Source: Candidatus Tepidifontimicrobium thermophilum (GTDB lineage Bacteria > Sysuimicrobiota > Sysuimicrobiia > Sysuimicrobiales > Sysuimicrobiaceae). Taken from it: 64,000 bases of DNA. Location of the stretch: assembly GCA_031459915.1 (NCBI GenBank), contig JAVKHO010000006.1:58475-122474 (forward strand), in the 5' to 3' direction. Under the pieces are notes generated by a model. The model had not been told where the DNA came from. It ran no database searches and saw only the letters and a program-made list of their open reading frames with translations. A program made the position numbers and the translations under genes. Positions 40,081 through 49,414 of the stretch are shown piece by piece. The first letter of the stretch is position 1. Every line of letters begins with the position of its first letter.

Positions 40081-40189
40081 GCTCCCTCCGGCCCGTCGCC
40101 GGGCCACACGAAGACCGAGCTCCGGGCGGACTTCCGGGCCCGCCGCGAGCCCGGCCACGTGTCCATGATCGCAGAGGCTGGCCGCCGCT

Positions 40190-41365
40190 TCAACCGCGGC
40201 TGGCGCTGCGGGTGCGCCGCCACAGGGGTGAGGCCCGCCGTAACTCCGCCACCGCCTCGCGCACCCACTCCACCGCGGCGTCCACCTCCGCCTCCGTCGT
40301 CCAGCGGCCTAGGGTGAGCCGCAGGGCGCCCACGGCCCGTTCCGGTGGCAGTCCCATGGCACGTAGGACGTGGGAGGGTTCCAGGCTCCCTGCGGTGCAC
40401 GCGGACCCGCTACTGGCCGCCAGGCCCCGGAGGTCCAGGGCCAAGAGTAGAGACTCGCTTTCCACGCCCTCGAAACAGAAGTGGGCGTTGTTGGGCAGCC
40501 GCTCCGTGGGGTGCCCGTTCAGGAAGGCTCCCTCCACGGCCAGCAACCCGCGCACCAGACGGTCCCTCAGGGCCGAAAGCCGCGCCTGTTCCGCCTCGCG
40601 TTGGGCCAGGGCCAGCTCCACCGCCTTCGCGAATCCCACGATCCCCGGCACGTTCTCCGTTCCGGCCCGACGCCCGCGTTCGTGGGCTCCGCCCCTCAGC
40701 AGCGGCTCGATGCGCGTACCCCGCCGCACGTACAGGAGCCCCACGCCCTTCGGGCCGTACCGCTTGTGGGCGGAGGCGGACAGGAGGTCCACGCCCAGCT
40801 CGTCCACCCGGACGGGCAGCGCCCCGAAGGTCTGCGTGGCGTCGGTGTGAACCAGCACTCCCCTCTCGCGGGCGATGCGGGCGACCTCCGCCACGGGTTG
40901 CACCGTGCCCACCTCGTTGTTGGCGTGCATCACGGAGACCAGCACGGTGTCGTCCCGCAGCGCCCGCCGCACGTCGTCGGGGTCCACGCGGCCGTAGCCG
41001 TCCACGGGCAGGAAGGTGACTTCCCACCCCCGCTGGGCCAGCCACCGGGCGGGCTCCAGCACTGCCCGGTGCTCCACAGAGGACACCACCAAGTGCCGGC
41101 CCCGAGACTCGTGGGCTAGAGCGACCCCGACCAGGGCCCAGTTGTCCGCCTCCGTGGCCCCGCTGGTGAAGGCCACCTCGGACGGCTCGCAACCCAGCGC
41201 CTCGGCCAGGGTGCGCCGGGCCCGGTCCACCGCGGCCCGCGCCTCCTGTCCGAACGTGTGTACGCTACTGGCGTTGCCGAACCGCTCCGTGAAGTAAGGG
41301 CGCATGGCTTCCACCACACGCGGGTCCGTGGGGGTGGTGGCCGCGTAATCCAGGTAGACACGCAC
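40190..41365 (-). CDS. cysteine desulfurase (NifS/IscS class)
   Basis: YLDYAATTP, SAHKRYGPKG (PLP Lys) and SSGSACTAGS (catalytic Cys loop). Confidence 0.88.
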   Translation of the reverse strand: MRVYLDYAATTPTDPRVVEAMRPYFTERFGNASSVHTFGQEARAAVDRARRTLAEALGCEPSEVAFTSGATEADNWALVGVALAHESRGRHLVVSSVEHRAVLEPARWLAQRGWEVTFLPVDGYGRVDPDDVRRALRDDTVLVSVMHANNEVGTVQPVAEVARIARERGVLVHTDATQTFGALPVRVDELGVDLLSASAHKRYGPKGVGLLYVRRGTRIEPLLRGGAHERGRRAGTENVPGIVGFAKAVELALAQREAEQARLSALRDRLVRGLLAVEGAFLNGHPTERLPNNAHFCFEGVESESLLLALDLRGLAASSGSACTAGSLEPSHVLRAMGLPPERAVGALRLTLGRWTTEAEVDAAVEWVREAVAELRRASPLWRRTRSASRG

Positions 41366-41411
41366 GAGTCCATTGTACCCGTGGCACGCGGATTGCTGGA
41401 CGCCCCCACGG

Positions 41412-44400
41412 ATGGCCGACAGAGCACAGCGGTGGCGGCTTCCCTTCCGGCCCCTGGCCCGGGACGAACGCGTCCGGGTGTGGGTGGTGGCCGGCTACGC
41501 GGGTGTGTGCGCGGGCGTGGCGGTGGCGGTGCTCCGCCTGGGTGTCCCCTTCTCGGTGGTGGTGCTGCTGGCGGGTCCCGTCCTGCTCGCCTCCGCGCGC
41601 TTCCCGCAGCGGGTCTACTTGCTCCTGCTGCCTCCCGCAGCCGCCGCCAGCCTCAGCGCGGTGCTGCTGCGTGCACCGGACCTGCGGGAGGCCCTGGTGG
41701 CCTGGGGGGGCCTTGCCGTGACGGTGGTGGTCACTTCGGAAGCCCTGTACCGGCTGGTTCGCTCCCTCCGGTCTGCTCATGAGCAGCTGCGCCGCCGGGC
41801 GGCGTTGCTGGACGCCCTGCACACCACCACCGTGGGCCTGATCGGCGGAGGACCAGCAGAGGGTCTGCTGGAAAACCTCCTGCGCCGCGCCTGCGAGCTG
41901 CTGGAGACCCCTCACGGGAACCTGTTCCTGGTGGAGGGCGACCGGATGCGCTGCCGCTTCGCCCTCGGCGCCACCCGGTGGATGCAGGACGAGGCCCTGG
42001 AGGTCCCGCCCGGCCAGGGCCTGGCCGGCTACGTGTGGCAGACGGGAAGGCCCGTGGTGGTGGAGGACTACACCCGGTGGGAGCGCCGCCTGCAAGACCC
42101 ACGGCTCGCCTTCGTCCGGTCCGCCGCGGCCATGCCCCTGCGGGTGCATGGCCAAGTCACCGGCGCCATCGTGGTGGTGCGCTCGGAACCTGACCGCCCC
42201 TTCAAGCGAGAGGAAGTGGACGTAGTCGAGCGCTTTGCAGAGCTGGCGTCCCTGGTGGCGCAGAACGCGGACCTGTACCGGCGGACCCAGGAGGAACTGG
42301 CGCGCCGCCGGCACGCAGAAGCCGACCTGCGGCACAAACACGAACTGCTCCGTACCGTGCACGCCACCACGGAGGAGCTGCTCCGCGGGACCGACTTTGA
42401 CAGCCTCCTGGCGGCCATCGTGCACCGAGCCACCGCCCTGCTGCGCTCCAGCCACGGGAACCTGTACTTGCGGGAAGGGGACGAGATGCGCTGCCGGGTG
42501 GGGGTCGGTGCGGCCCGCTGGGCCCAGGAAGCCGGCGTCTGCCTGCGGCGCGGGGAGGGGATGGTCGGGCAGGTATGGGAGACCGGTCAGGCCCTGATGG
42601 TCGACGACTACGCGAGCTGGCCGGGCCGCCTGCCTTTCCCGCAGGTGTCCGACCTGGGCCCGGCCCTGACCGTACCCCTGCGGGTGGGTCAGGAGGTGGT
42701 GGGGGCGTTCTTCGTGGCGCGAAACCGGGGAGAGCCCTCCTACAGCGAGGACGAGCTAGACGCCGCGGCCCGCTTCGGCCACCTGGCCTCCCTGGTCCTC
42801 AACAGCGCTTCCCTGTACCGGGCTGCGCGGGACGAACTGGAGAGGCGCAGCCGGGCGGAGTCAGAGCTCCGCCGCCGCCACCAGCTGCTGGAGGCGCTCC
42901 AGGCCACCAGCGTGGCCCTGCTCGGGGGAGCAGAGCTCCAGCAGACCCTGGACCTGGTGGTGCGGCAGGCGTGCGAGCTCCTGGATTGCCGGCACGCGGC
43001 CCTGTACCTGCGGGAGGGAGCCCTGCTCCGCTGCACCGTAGGGGTGGGGATCCTCGCGCAGGCAGCGACCGAGGGGCGCACCTGCGAGAAGGGGAAGGGA
43101 ATCGTGGGGGCAGTGTGGGAGAAGGGCGCGCCGGTGGTCGTGGAGCACTACCCCAGCTGGCCCGGCCGACAGCGGCGCTCGGGAGCTGCGTTCGACAGAC
43201 TCGGGCCGGGGCTGGCAGTACCCCTGTGGTGGGGCACCGAGTATGCGGGCACCTTGTTCCTGGCACGCGATGCCGGGGCTGCGCCGTTCACCGCGGAGGA
43301 GGTCGACGCGGCAGGTCGGTTCGCGCACGCGGCGGCCCTGGCCCTGCACAACGCGCACCTGTACCAGGAGGCCCACGAGGAGCTGACACGGCGGCGGGAC
43401 GCGGAAGCCCGCCTGCGCCGGCGCCAGGAGCTCCTCGAAGCGCTCCACGACACGGCCCACGGCCTGCTGTCGGGCCTGGGCACCGGCGAGCTCTTGCACG
43501 CCATCGTCCAGCGGGCGTGCCAGTTGCTGGGCAGCGGCCACGGCAACCTGTACCTGCTGGAGGGCGGCGTGCTGCGGTGCCGGGTGGGGCTCGGAGCCAT
43601 GGCCTGGGCGGGACGGGAAGGTCTTCAGGTACGGCGGGGGGAAGGCATGGTGGGCCGCGTGTGGGAGACGGGCCAGCCCTTGGTGGTAGAGGACTACAGC
43701 CGTTGGCCCGAAAGGCTGCCGGACCCCCGCTTCGACTCCCTGGGCAGCGCGGTCACCGTTCCCCTGTTCGCCTCCGGGCACTTCGTGGGCGCTTTCTCGG
43801 TGGCCCGGGACCGCTCCGCGCCTGCCTTCACCGCGGAGGAGATCGAGACCGTGGTGCGCTTCGGCCAGCTGGCCTCCCTGGTCCTGCACCACGCGCAGGC
43901 GACGCAGAAGGTGGAGGAGCAGCGGGCCTTCTACGAGGAACTGCTGGACCACGTGCCCTCCGACATCGCGGTGCTGGATCCAGACTTCCGGTACCTGTAC
44001 GTCAACCGGTCCGCGGTACGTGACCCCGAGCTGCGGCGGTGGGTGGTGGGCCGCGACGACTTCGAGCTGTGCGCCCGCGTGGGCCAGGACCGTTCGGTGG
44101 CGGAGGTCCGCCGGCACCACTACCTCCAGGCCACGGCGGGGCGAAGGACGCTGGAGTTCGAGGAGGAGATCCGAGGGCGTGACGGCAAGGCACGTTACTT
44201 CCTGCGGCGGGTCCACCCCGTGGTAGACCGGGAAGGTCGCGTCGTCCGCGTGATCGGGTACGGGGTGAACATCACGGACCGCAAGCGCGCCGAGCTGCGG
44301 CTCGCCCACCTGGCCCTGCACGACGCCCTGACGGGCCTGCCGAACCGGACGCTCTTCCTGGACCGGCTCGGGCACGCGCTGGAACGGGCCAGGCGGACGG

Positions 44401-45671
44401 GCCGTCGAGTGGCGGTGCTGTTCGTGGACTTGGACCGGTTCAAGCTGGTGAACGACACCCTCGGCCACGACGCGGGCGACCGCCTCCTCCAGCAGGTGGC
44501 GGAGCGGCTGCGGTCGTGCCTGCGCGGCTCGGACACCCTCGCCCGTCTGGCGGGGGACGAATTCACGGTCCTGCTGGAGGACGTGGACGGGCCGGACGAC
44601 GCGTTGCTGGTGGCGCAGCGGGTCCAAGCGGCATTTCGCGAGCCGTTCCACCTGGCGGGGCAAGCAGTGTACACCACCGCCAGCGTGGGGATCTCCCTCT
44701 CGGGCCCGCAGACGCAGGGCGCGGAGGACCTCCTCCAGCAGTCCGACACCGCTATGTACCGCGCCAAAGCGCTGGGCCGCAACCGCTACCAGCTGTTTGA
44801 CGAGGCCCTGGGCCGGGCCGCCGCCCTGCAGGCGCAGCTGGAAACCGACCTGCGGCGGGCCCTGGAGCGGGGAGAGTTCGTCCTGCACTACCAGCCGGTG
44901 GTGCGCATCGCGGACCGCCGGGTGGTAGAGATGGAGGCCCTGGTCCGGTGGCAGCACCCCCAGCGCGGGCTGCTGGCGCCCGCGGACTTCCTCAGCGGGC
45001 TGGAAGCCAGCGGGCTCGTACCGCAGCTGAACGCCTGGGTCCTGAGGGAAGCGTGCCGCGCAGCCCGGCGGTGGAGGGACCGAGTGGGCGACGATGCACC
45101 GGCGGTGAGCGTCAACCTTGCCGCGGCAGACCTAGCGGACCCGTCGCTGCCGGAACGGCTCCGCGCCGCCCTGCAGGCCTCCGGGCTGGAGCCGAAGGCC
45201 TTGCGGGTAGAGGTCCCAGAGCGGGTGCTGACCCTCCTGGGCTCCGACGGTTATGAGCGGATACGCCAGCTGGGCGAGATGGACATCGCCCTGCACGTGG
45301 ACGACTTCGCGGCGAGTTCGTCCCTTCGGGTGCTGCGGGAGCTGCCGGTCCGGGCGGTGAAGCTGGAACAGGCGTGGTTTGCGAATTGGCGGGGCGACCC
45401 TCCCCACGGCGAGCTCCTCCGGGCGGTGGTGAGCACAGCCGGGGAGCTGGGGTTGGATCTCGTGGCGAAGGGAGTCGAGGATCCCGCATGCCTCGAGCGC
45501 GTGGTCGAACTCGGGTTCCCCTATGCCCAGGGGTACGCCCTCGCCCGCCCGATGGACCTGAGAGAAGCCGAGCGTTTCCTGGGCCTGGGAGAACAAGGAG
45601 CGGGCGCCCTTCCGGGCACCCGCTCCCCAGCCGCCGGAACGTCCGAGCCGAGCCGTTCCGGAAGCGGCTGA
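41412..45671 (+). CDS. membrane-anchored signalling protein: TM region, 4 tandem GAF modules, PAS, GGDEF (AGDEF), EAL
   Basis: N-terminal hydrophobic stretches. Four GAF-like modules, each followed by an R/E-rich linker. PAS FYEELLDHVPSDIAVLD. RGSD-x5-AGDEF at 44550-44564. EAL at 44934-44942. The start is uncertain (ATG 41373 or 41412). Confidence 0.85.
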   Translation: MADRAQRWRLPFRPLARDERVRVWVVAGYAGVCAGVAVAVLRLGVPFSVVVLLAGPVLLASARFPQRVYLLLLPPAAAASLSAVLLRAPDLREALVAWGGLAVTVVVTSEALYRLVRSLRSAHEQLRRRAALLDALHTTTVGLIGGGPAEGLLENLLRRACELLETPHGNLFLVEGDRMRCRFALGATRWMQDEALEVPPGQGLAGYVWQTGRPVVVEDYTRWERRLQDPRLAFVRSAAAMPLRVHGQVTGAIVVVRSEPDRPFKREEVDVVERFAELASLVAQNADLYRRTQEELARRRHAEADLRHKHELLRTVHATTEELLRGTDFDSLLAAIVHRATALLRSSHGNLYLREGDEMRCRVGVGAARWAQEAGVCLRRGEGMVGQVWETGQALMVDDYASWPGRLPFPQVSDLGPALTVPLRVGQEVVGAFFVARNRGEPSYSEDELDAAARFGHLASLVLNSASLYRAARDELERRSRAESELRRRHQLLEALQATSVALLGGAELQQTLDLVVRQACELLDCRHAALYLREGALLRCTVGVGILAQAATEGRTCEKGKGIVGAVWEKGAPVVVEHYPSWPGRQRRSGAAFDRLGPGLAVPLWWGTEYAGTLFLARDAGAAPFTAEEVDAAGRFAHAAALALHNAHLYQEAHEELTRRRDAEARLRRRQELLEALHDTAHGLLSGLGTGELLHAIVQRACQLLGSGHGNLYLLEGGVLRCRVGLGAMAWAGREGLQVRRGEGMVGRVWETGQPLVVEDYSRWPERLPDPRFDSLGSAVTVPLFASGHFVGAFSVARDRSAPAFTAEEIETVVRFGQLASLVLHHAQATQKVEEQRAFYEELLDHVPSDIAVLDPDFRYLYVNRSAVRDPELRRWVVGRDDFELCARVGQDRSVAEVRRHHYLQATAGRRTLEFEEEIRGRDGKARYFLRRVHPVVDREGRVVRVIGYGVNITDRKRAELRLAHLALHDALTGLPNRTLFLDRLGHALERARRTGRRVAVLFVDLDRFKLVNDTLGHDAGDRLLQQVAERLRSCLRGSDTLARLAGDEFTVLLEDVDGPDDALLVAQRVQAAFREPFHLAGQAVYTTASVGISLSGPQTQGAEDLLQQSDTAMYRAKALGRNRYQLFDEALGRAAALQAQLETDLRRALERGEFVLHYQPVVRIADRRVVEMEALVRWQHPQRGLLAPADFLSGLEASGLVPQLNAWVLREACRAARRWRDRVGDDAPAVSVNLAAADLADPSLPERLRAALQASGLEPKALRVEVPERVLTLLGSDGYERIRQLGEMDIALHVDDFAASSSLRVLRELPVRAVKLEQAWFANWRGDPPHGELLRAVVSTAGELGLDLVAKGVEDPACLERVVELGFPYAQGYALARPMDLREAERFLGLGEQGAGALPGTRSPAAGTSEPSRSGSG
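41770..43915 (+). repeat. protein-level tandem repeat: four roughly 180-aa GAF + coiled-coil-linker modules
   Basis: The His codon of the conserved (P/S/R/G)H(G/A)(N/A)L(F/Y)L motif recurs at 41913, 42453, 42993 and 43539, giving periods of 540, 540 and 546 nt. Each module ends in L..R...AE..LR.....LLEAL. Confidence 0.75.
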
Positions 45672-45673
45672 AA

Positions 45674-46033
45674 CTACTCCTCCAGCTCGTCGGTGGCGCG
45701 TGGCCGGCTGACGGCCACCACGTAGCGCGCGCCCCCGCGCCCAGGCGTCTTCCCCTGACGTCCCCAGATCCTCCGCTCCCAGCCCACGAACCTTGGCCAC
45801 CCCTCCTGGATAGCCGCCCGGGCCTGCAGGGGGGACAGCTTCTCGCGCTCCATCAGGTGCCGCAGCAGCTGGATCTGCTCGATGTCCCGCCAGGAGTACA
45901 TCCGCCGCCGGGCCTTCCCCACCCGGACCGGCGCCACAAGCCCCTGATCCTCCCACCGACGGAGCACATGGGGCTTCAGGCCCGTCAGGACAGACACAAC
46001 TCCGATCGGAAACAGCTCCGAGGGACTGGGCAT
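45674..46033 (-). CDS. MerR-family transcriptional regulator
   Basis: N-terminal HTH FPIGVVSVLTGLKPHVLRRWEDQGLVAPVR......R.YS..DI..I..L typical of the MerR superfamily. 119 aa. Confidence 0.8.
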   Translation of the reverse strand: MPSPSELFPIGVVSVLTGLKPHVLRRWEDQGLVAPVRVGKARRRMYSWRDIEQIQLLRHLMEREKLSPLQARAAIQEGWPRFVGWERRIWGRQGKTPGRGGARYVVAVSRPRATDELEE

Positions 46034-46068
46034 CTCCAGCTCCAGAGGTCCGCAGGAGGTTCGGCCCC

Positions 46069-46095
46069 AGTATACCAGGGCCCCAGGGCCGTCAA
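46069..46095 (-). promoter_or_regulatory. sigma-70-like promoter for the MerR-family gene: TTGACG-N15-TGgTATACT
   Basis: Minus strand: TTGACG (46095-46090), a 15-nt spacer containing the direct repeat GCCCTGG/GCCCTGG, then extended -10 TGG+TATACT (46074-46069). It lies about 35 nt upstream of ATG 46033. Confidence 0.5.
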
Positions 46096-46126
46096 CAGTG
46101 CACGTGCGTTCGCGGGAATGGCGAAC

Positions 46127-46996
46127 TTATGTTCCAATTCCTTGTCCTGGGCCGTTCAGGGGGACCTCAAGCCGGTGCCGGGTGTCGAACACGCACCGGG
46201 CCCGGTAGCCCGCGGAGTAGGCCGCGCGCTCCGCTTCGGGGAACCCGAAGCCCACGTGCTCGGCCCAGTGCGCGTCGGAGCTGATCACGATGGGGACCCC
46301 GTGCCGGTGCAGGGCCTCCAGGAAAGCCGGGGCCGGGTACAGCTCGCCCACGGGCTTGCGCCAGCCGGCGGTGTTGACCTCCGCGCAAACCCCCGCCCGG
46401 GCCATGGCTTCTGCGGCCTGCTCGTACCACTCCCCGGGGTCTTGCCGCGGCCGGTGGCCGAACACCTTCACCACGTCAGGGTGGGCCAGGACGTCGAACA
46501 GACCCGTGGACGCGGCCTCGCAGAGCAGCCGGAAGTAGTCGCCGTAGACGCGATCCACGTCGCGGCGCTCCCACTCCCCTCGCTGTTCGGGGATGTCGAA
46601 CCCCCACCACCCGCCGTCCCGGCCTGGCAGCCAGTGCACCCCGCCCAGGACCAGGTCCCACGGGTAGGACCGGATCCACTTCTCCAGGCGCCCCTCGTAG
46701 CCGGGACAGTAATCCCACTCGATCGCCACCTTCACCCGCAGGCCCTCCGACCGCGCCGCCTCCAGCAGGCGCAGGTACGTCTCGAGGTCCCAGTTCCGGC
46801 GATCCGGCCGGTCTCGGCCGTGGACCCAGTCGTTGTCGGGAGGGTAGGCGTCCCGGCACTGGACGAAGTTGTGGGCGTGCTCGGTCACTGCAATCTCGTC
46901 CACGCCCGCCGCCACGGCCGCCTCTACCAGCCGCAGGAGGCTGTCCCGGTCCAGGGCATAGTTCTCCAGGTGCGTGTGGTAATCGGGCCGCCGCAC
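46127..46996 (-). CDS. histidinol-phosphatase, PHP (HisJ/HisK) family
   Basis: DYHTHL, ITEHA-like VTEHAH, GGVHW, VLAHPD and ISSDAH metal-ligand motifs of the PHP fold. Confidence 0.8.
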   Translation of the reverse strand: MRRPDYHTHLENYALDRDSLLRLVEAAVAAGVDEIAVTEHAHNFVQCRDAYPPDNDWVHGRDRPDRRNWDLETYLRLLEAARSEGLRVKVAIEWDYCPGYEGRLEKWIRSYPWDLVLGGVHWLPGRDGGWWGFDIPEQRGEWERRDVDRVYGDYFRLLCEAASTGLFDVLAHPDVVKVFGHRPRQDPGEWYEQAAEAMARAGVCAEVNTAGWRKPVGELYPAPAFLEALHRHGVPIVISSDAHWAEHVGFGFPEAERAAYSAGYRARCVFDTRHRLEVPLNGPGQGIGT

Positions 46997-47013
46997 GCCC
47001 AGGGCGAGGCCGC

Positions 47014-47583
47014 TCAGCTGAGCACCTCCACCAGCCTCCGGATCACCCGCGCAGTCGCCCCCCAGACCGTGTAGGGTCCGTAGTCGTAGAAGTGCAGCTC
47101 CCGCTGCGCCGCTCCCTCTCCGACCCGCTCCACCCGGAGGTTGCGCTCGTCCCGGAAGAACCGCAGGGGAATCCCGAGCACCTCCGCGATCTCCTGCGGA
47201 GCCGGCCGCAGGGGATAGGGGTACGGGAGGCGGCCCACGTAGGGCCGGATCAGGAAGCCCGAAACTACCGTGGACACGTCGTCCAGGGAGCCCAACACCT
47301 CCACGTCCTCCGGCCGGATCCCCAGCTCCTCGTGCGCCTCCCGGAGCGCCGCGTGCAGCGCGTCCCGGTCCTCGGGCTCTACGGCACCTCCCGGGAACGC
47401 GATCTGCCCTTTGTGGGTCGCCACGTGCTCCGTCCGCCGGGTCAGCAACACGTACGCCTCGCCCCCGTCCACGTACAACGGCACCAGCACCCCCGCCAGG
47501 ACGAGTCCTGCCTCCGGGAGACGGCGCGGGACGTACCTGCTCAGCCGGGAACGGACGGGCTCAAGGGGATCCTCCACGGGCAC
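47014..47583 (-). CDS. Nudix hydrolase, CoA pyrophosphatase-like
   Basis: LLTRR......HKGQIAFPGG followed by Nudix box GGAVEPEDRDALHAALREAHEELGI. Confidence 0.8.
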   Translation of the reverse strand: MPVEDPLEPVRSRLSRYVPRRLPEAGLVLAGVLVPLYVDGGEAYVLLTRRTEHVATHKGQIAFPGGAVEPEDRDALHAALREAHEELGIRPEDVEVLGSLDDVSTVVSGFLIRPYVGRLPYPYPLRPAPQEIAEVLGIPLRFFRDERNLRVERVGEGAAQRELHFYDYGPYTVWGATARVIRRLVEVLS

Positions 47584-47603
47584 CGTCTACTACCGCGGAC
47601 GCA

Positions 47604-47858
47604 TTACAGGCCGGCGGCAGGCCAGGAGCCCGGCCCGCCGCGCAGCCGGCGGGCCATCTCTTCCACCATGTCCTCGTCGGGCGCTGTGCGCCGCCACGTC
47701 CGGGCCAGGCTGCGGGCCAACCGGCGGACGGGGTGGTCCGGTGGCAGCCCCAGGCTCAGGTCCGCGAGGCCTGCCAGCACCAGACCCGCGTACAGCCCCA
47801 GCAGCATCAGGGCCACGACCAGCCAGTACAGGAACACAACCGCACCTCCGCGCCCCAT
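47604..47858 (-). CDS. small hypothetical membrane protein (84 aa)
   Basis: One strong TM (VVFLYWLVVALMLLGLYAGLVLAGL) followed by a basic tail, with high GC3 in this frame. There is no obvious RBS, so this call is tentative. Confidence 0.4.
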   Translation of the reverse strand: MGRGGAVVFLYWLVVALMLLGLYAGLVLAGLADLSLGLPPDHPVRRLARSLARTWRRTAPDEDMVEEMARRLRGGPGSWPAAGL

Positions 47859-47922
47859 GATAGCAAAATGTCGGCAGGAGATCGGTCCGCCTGGCCGGAA
47901 CACACCCACGGGAGGTCCGGCC

Positions 47923-48720
47923 ATGAGGGAGACGACGGAGTTCCGCACCGCGCAGCTTCGGATCTGGAAGGTGGCGCACACCACTTTCGCCCTGGACGCG
48001 TGGGAGGGCACGCCGTGGGCGGTGTGGCAGTCGGACTCGGCCCGCGACGCGGAGGTGCTGGCGGAGTTCGCAGGGCGGCTGTGCTACCAGTCCTGGTCCA
48101 ACCCCAGCGGACGGACGAACGAGCAGTACCTGCGGAACATCCTCGCCCAGGAGCACTTCAGCGTGGTGGAACACGCGGGGTTCACCGTGGTGCTGGTCGG
48201 GGTGTCCCGCAGCTGCACCCACGAGCTGGTCCGCCACCGGCACTTCTCCTTCTCGCAGCTGTCCCAGCGCTTCTACCACGAGGAAGGTGCCGCGGTCGTC
48301 GTTCCCCCTCTGTTCCGGGATGACCCCGAAGCCCTCCGGGTCCTGGAGGAGGTCTACGCGACCACCCAGCGGGCGTACCGGAAACTCCTGGAGCTGGCCC
48401 AGCGCCGACTGAGTGCGCTAGAGGACCGCCGTCTCCGCCGCAAGCGGGCCCGGGAGGCCGCGCGGTGCGTGCTGCCCAACATGACGGAGACGCACATCGT
48501 GATCACGGGCAACCACCGTTCCTGGCGGGAGTTCTTCGAAAAACGCGGGAGCCTGCACGCGGACGCGGAGATCCGGGAGGTGGCGCTGCGCATCTTTACG
48601 GAGGTGGCACAGCCCCTGGCCCCCCACGTCTATCAGGACTTCCAGGTGGTGGAACGGGTGCTGCCCACCGGGGAGCGGGTGCAGACCCTGGAGCGCCGGC
48701 CGCTGGAAGCGGAGGAGTGA
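47923..48720 (+). CDS. thyX: FAD-dependent thymidylate synthase ThyX
   Basis: GGGAGG RBS followed by ATG 47923. ThyX signature RHRHFSFSQLSQR. Confidence 0.88.
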   Translation: MRETTEFRTAQLRIWKVAHTTFALDAWEGTPWAVWQSDSARDAEVLAEFAGRLCYQSWSNPSGRTNEQYLRNILAQEHFSVVEHAGFTVVLVGVSRSCTHELVRHRHFSFSQLSQRFYHEEGAAVVVPPLFRDDPEALRVLEEVYATTQRAYRKLLELAQRRLSALEDRRLRRKRAREAARCVLPNMTETHIVITGNHRSWREFFEKRGSLHADAEIREVALRIFTEVAQPLAPHVYQDFQVVERVLPTGERVQTLERRPLEAEE

Positions 48721-48732
48721 GGACCGGCATCT

Positions 48733-49392
48733 TCAGGCTCCGGCAGCACCTCCCGTGTGGCCCAGATCCACGGTCATGTACAGGATGCGCTGGGCCCCGA
48801 ACAGCGGCCGCGTCCACAGGAGCCGATGGGCTCTCTGCACCCGGAACCCGAGGGACGTGTACAGCCGGAACGCGGGGGCGTTGCCCTCCACCACGTACAG
48901 GCCGACACGCTGCCGGCCCGCCCGGCGGGCCAAGGCCAGCGCCTGTGCCATCATCTGCCGCCCGACACCCCGGCCCCGCCACTCCGGCAGTACCGCCACG
49001 GCCTCCACCAGGGCGGTCTGGGGGTCCGGGTGGCTCGTGCCCATCAGCTGGAGCAGCACGAAAGCCCGCAGGGCCGCCCCGAAGCCCAAATGCCGGCGGA
49101 GGATCGGCCACAGGGGCGATGGGGTTCGTTCCTCCAGCACCAGGGTGAAGGTCCCCACCACCTGCCCTGCTCCCTCAGCCACGTACACCGTCCCCGACGG
49201 CGGCAGATCCGCCAGGACGGCTGCGGTGCGCTCGCGGTCAGGTCCGAAGACGGGCGCGAATTTGTCCGGGAACCCGAGGACCAGCAGGCGGCCCACCGTG
49301 CGCCGGTCCGAGTCGCGGGCAGGCCTCACGGTGACCTCCGCGAAGTCGTCCCTGGGCCCAGGCACCTGCCCGCCAGCCCACGTCTCCCCCAT
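48733..49392 (-). CDS. GNAT-family N-acyltransferase
   Basis: VAVLPEWRGRGVGRQMM..AL..A......V.L.V...N..A..LY...GF acetyl-CoA binding core. Confidence 0.78.
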   Translation of the reverse strand: MGETWAGGQVPGPRDDFAEVTVRPARDSDRRTVGRLLVLGFPDKFAPVFGPDRERTAAVLADLPPSGTVYVAEGAGQVVGTFTLVLEERTPSPLWPILRRHLGFGAALRAFVLLQLMGTSHPDPQTALVEAVAVLPEWRGRGVGRQMMAQALALARRAGRQRVGLYVVEGNAPAFRLYTSLGFRVQRAHRLLWTRPLFGAQRILYMTVDLGHTGGAAGA

Positions 49393-49414
49393 GACCTTCT
49401 CCGTCGGGCCCGGG

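Noticed and set aside
40081-40189. GC-rich hairpins (for example GGCCCG-gcga-CGGGCC) upstream of nuoA, considered as a regulatory RNA
   Set aside because: Short GC palindromes are frequent by chance at this GC content, and there are no conserved riboswitch cores. It was left unannotated.
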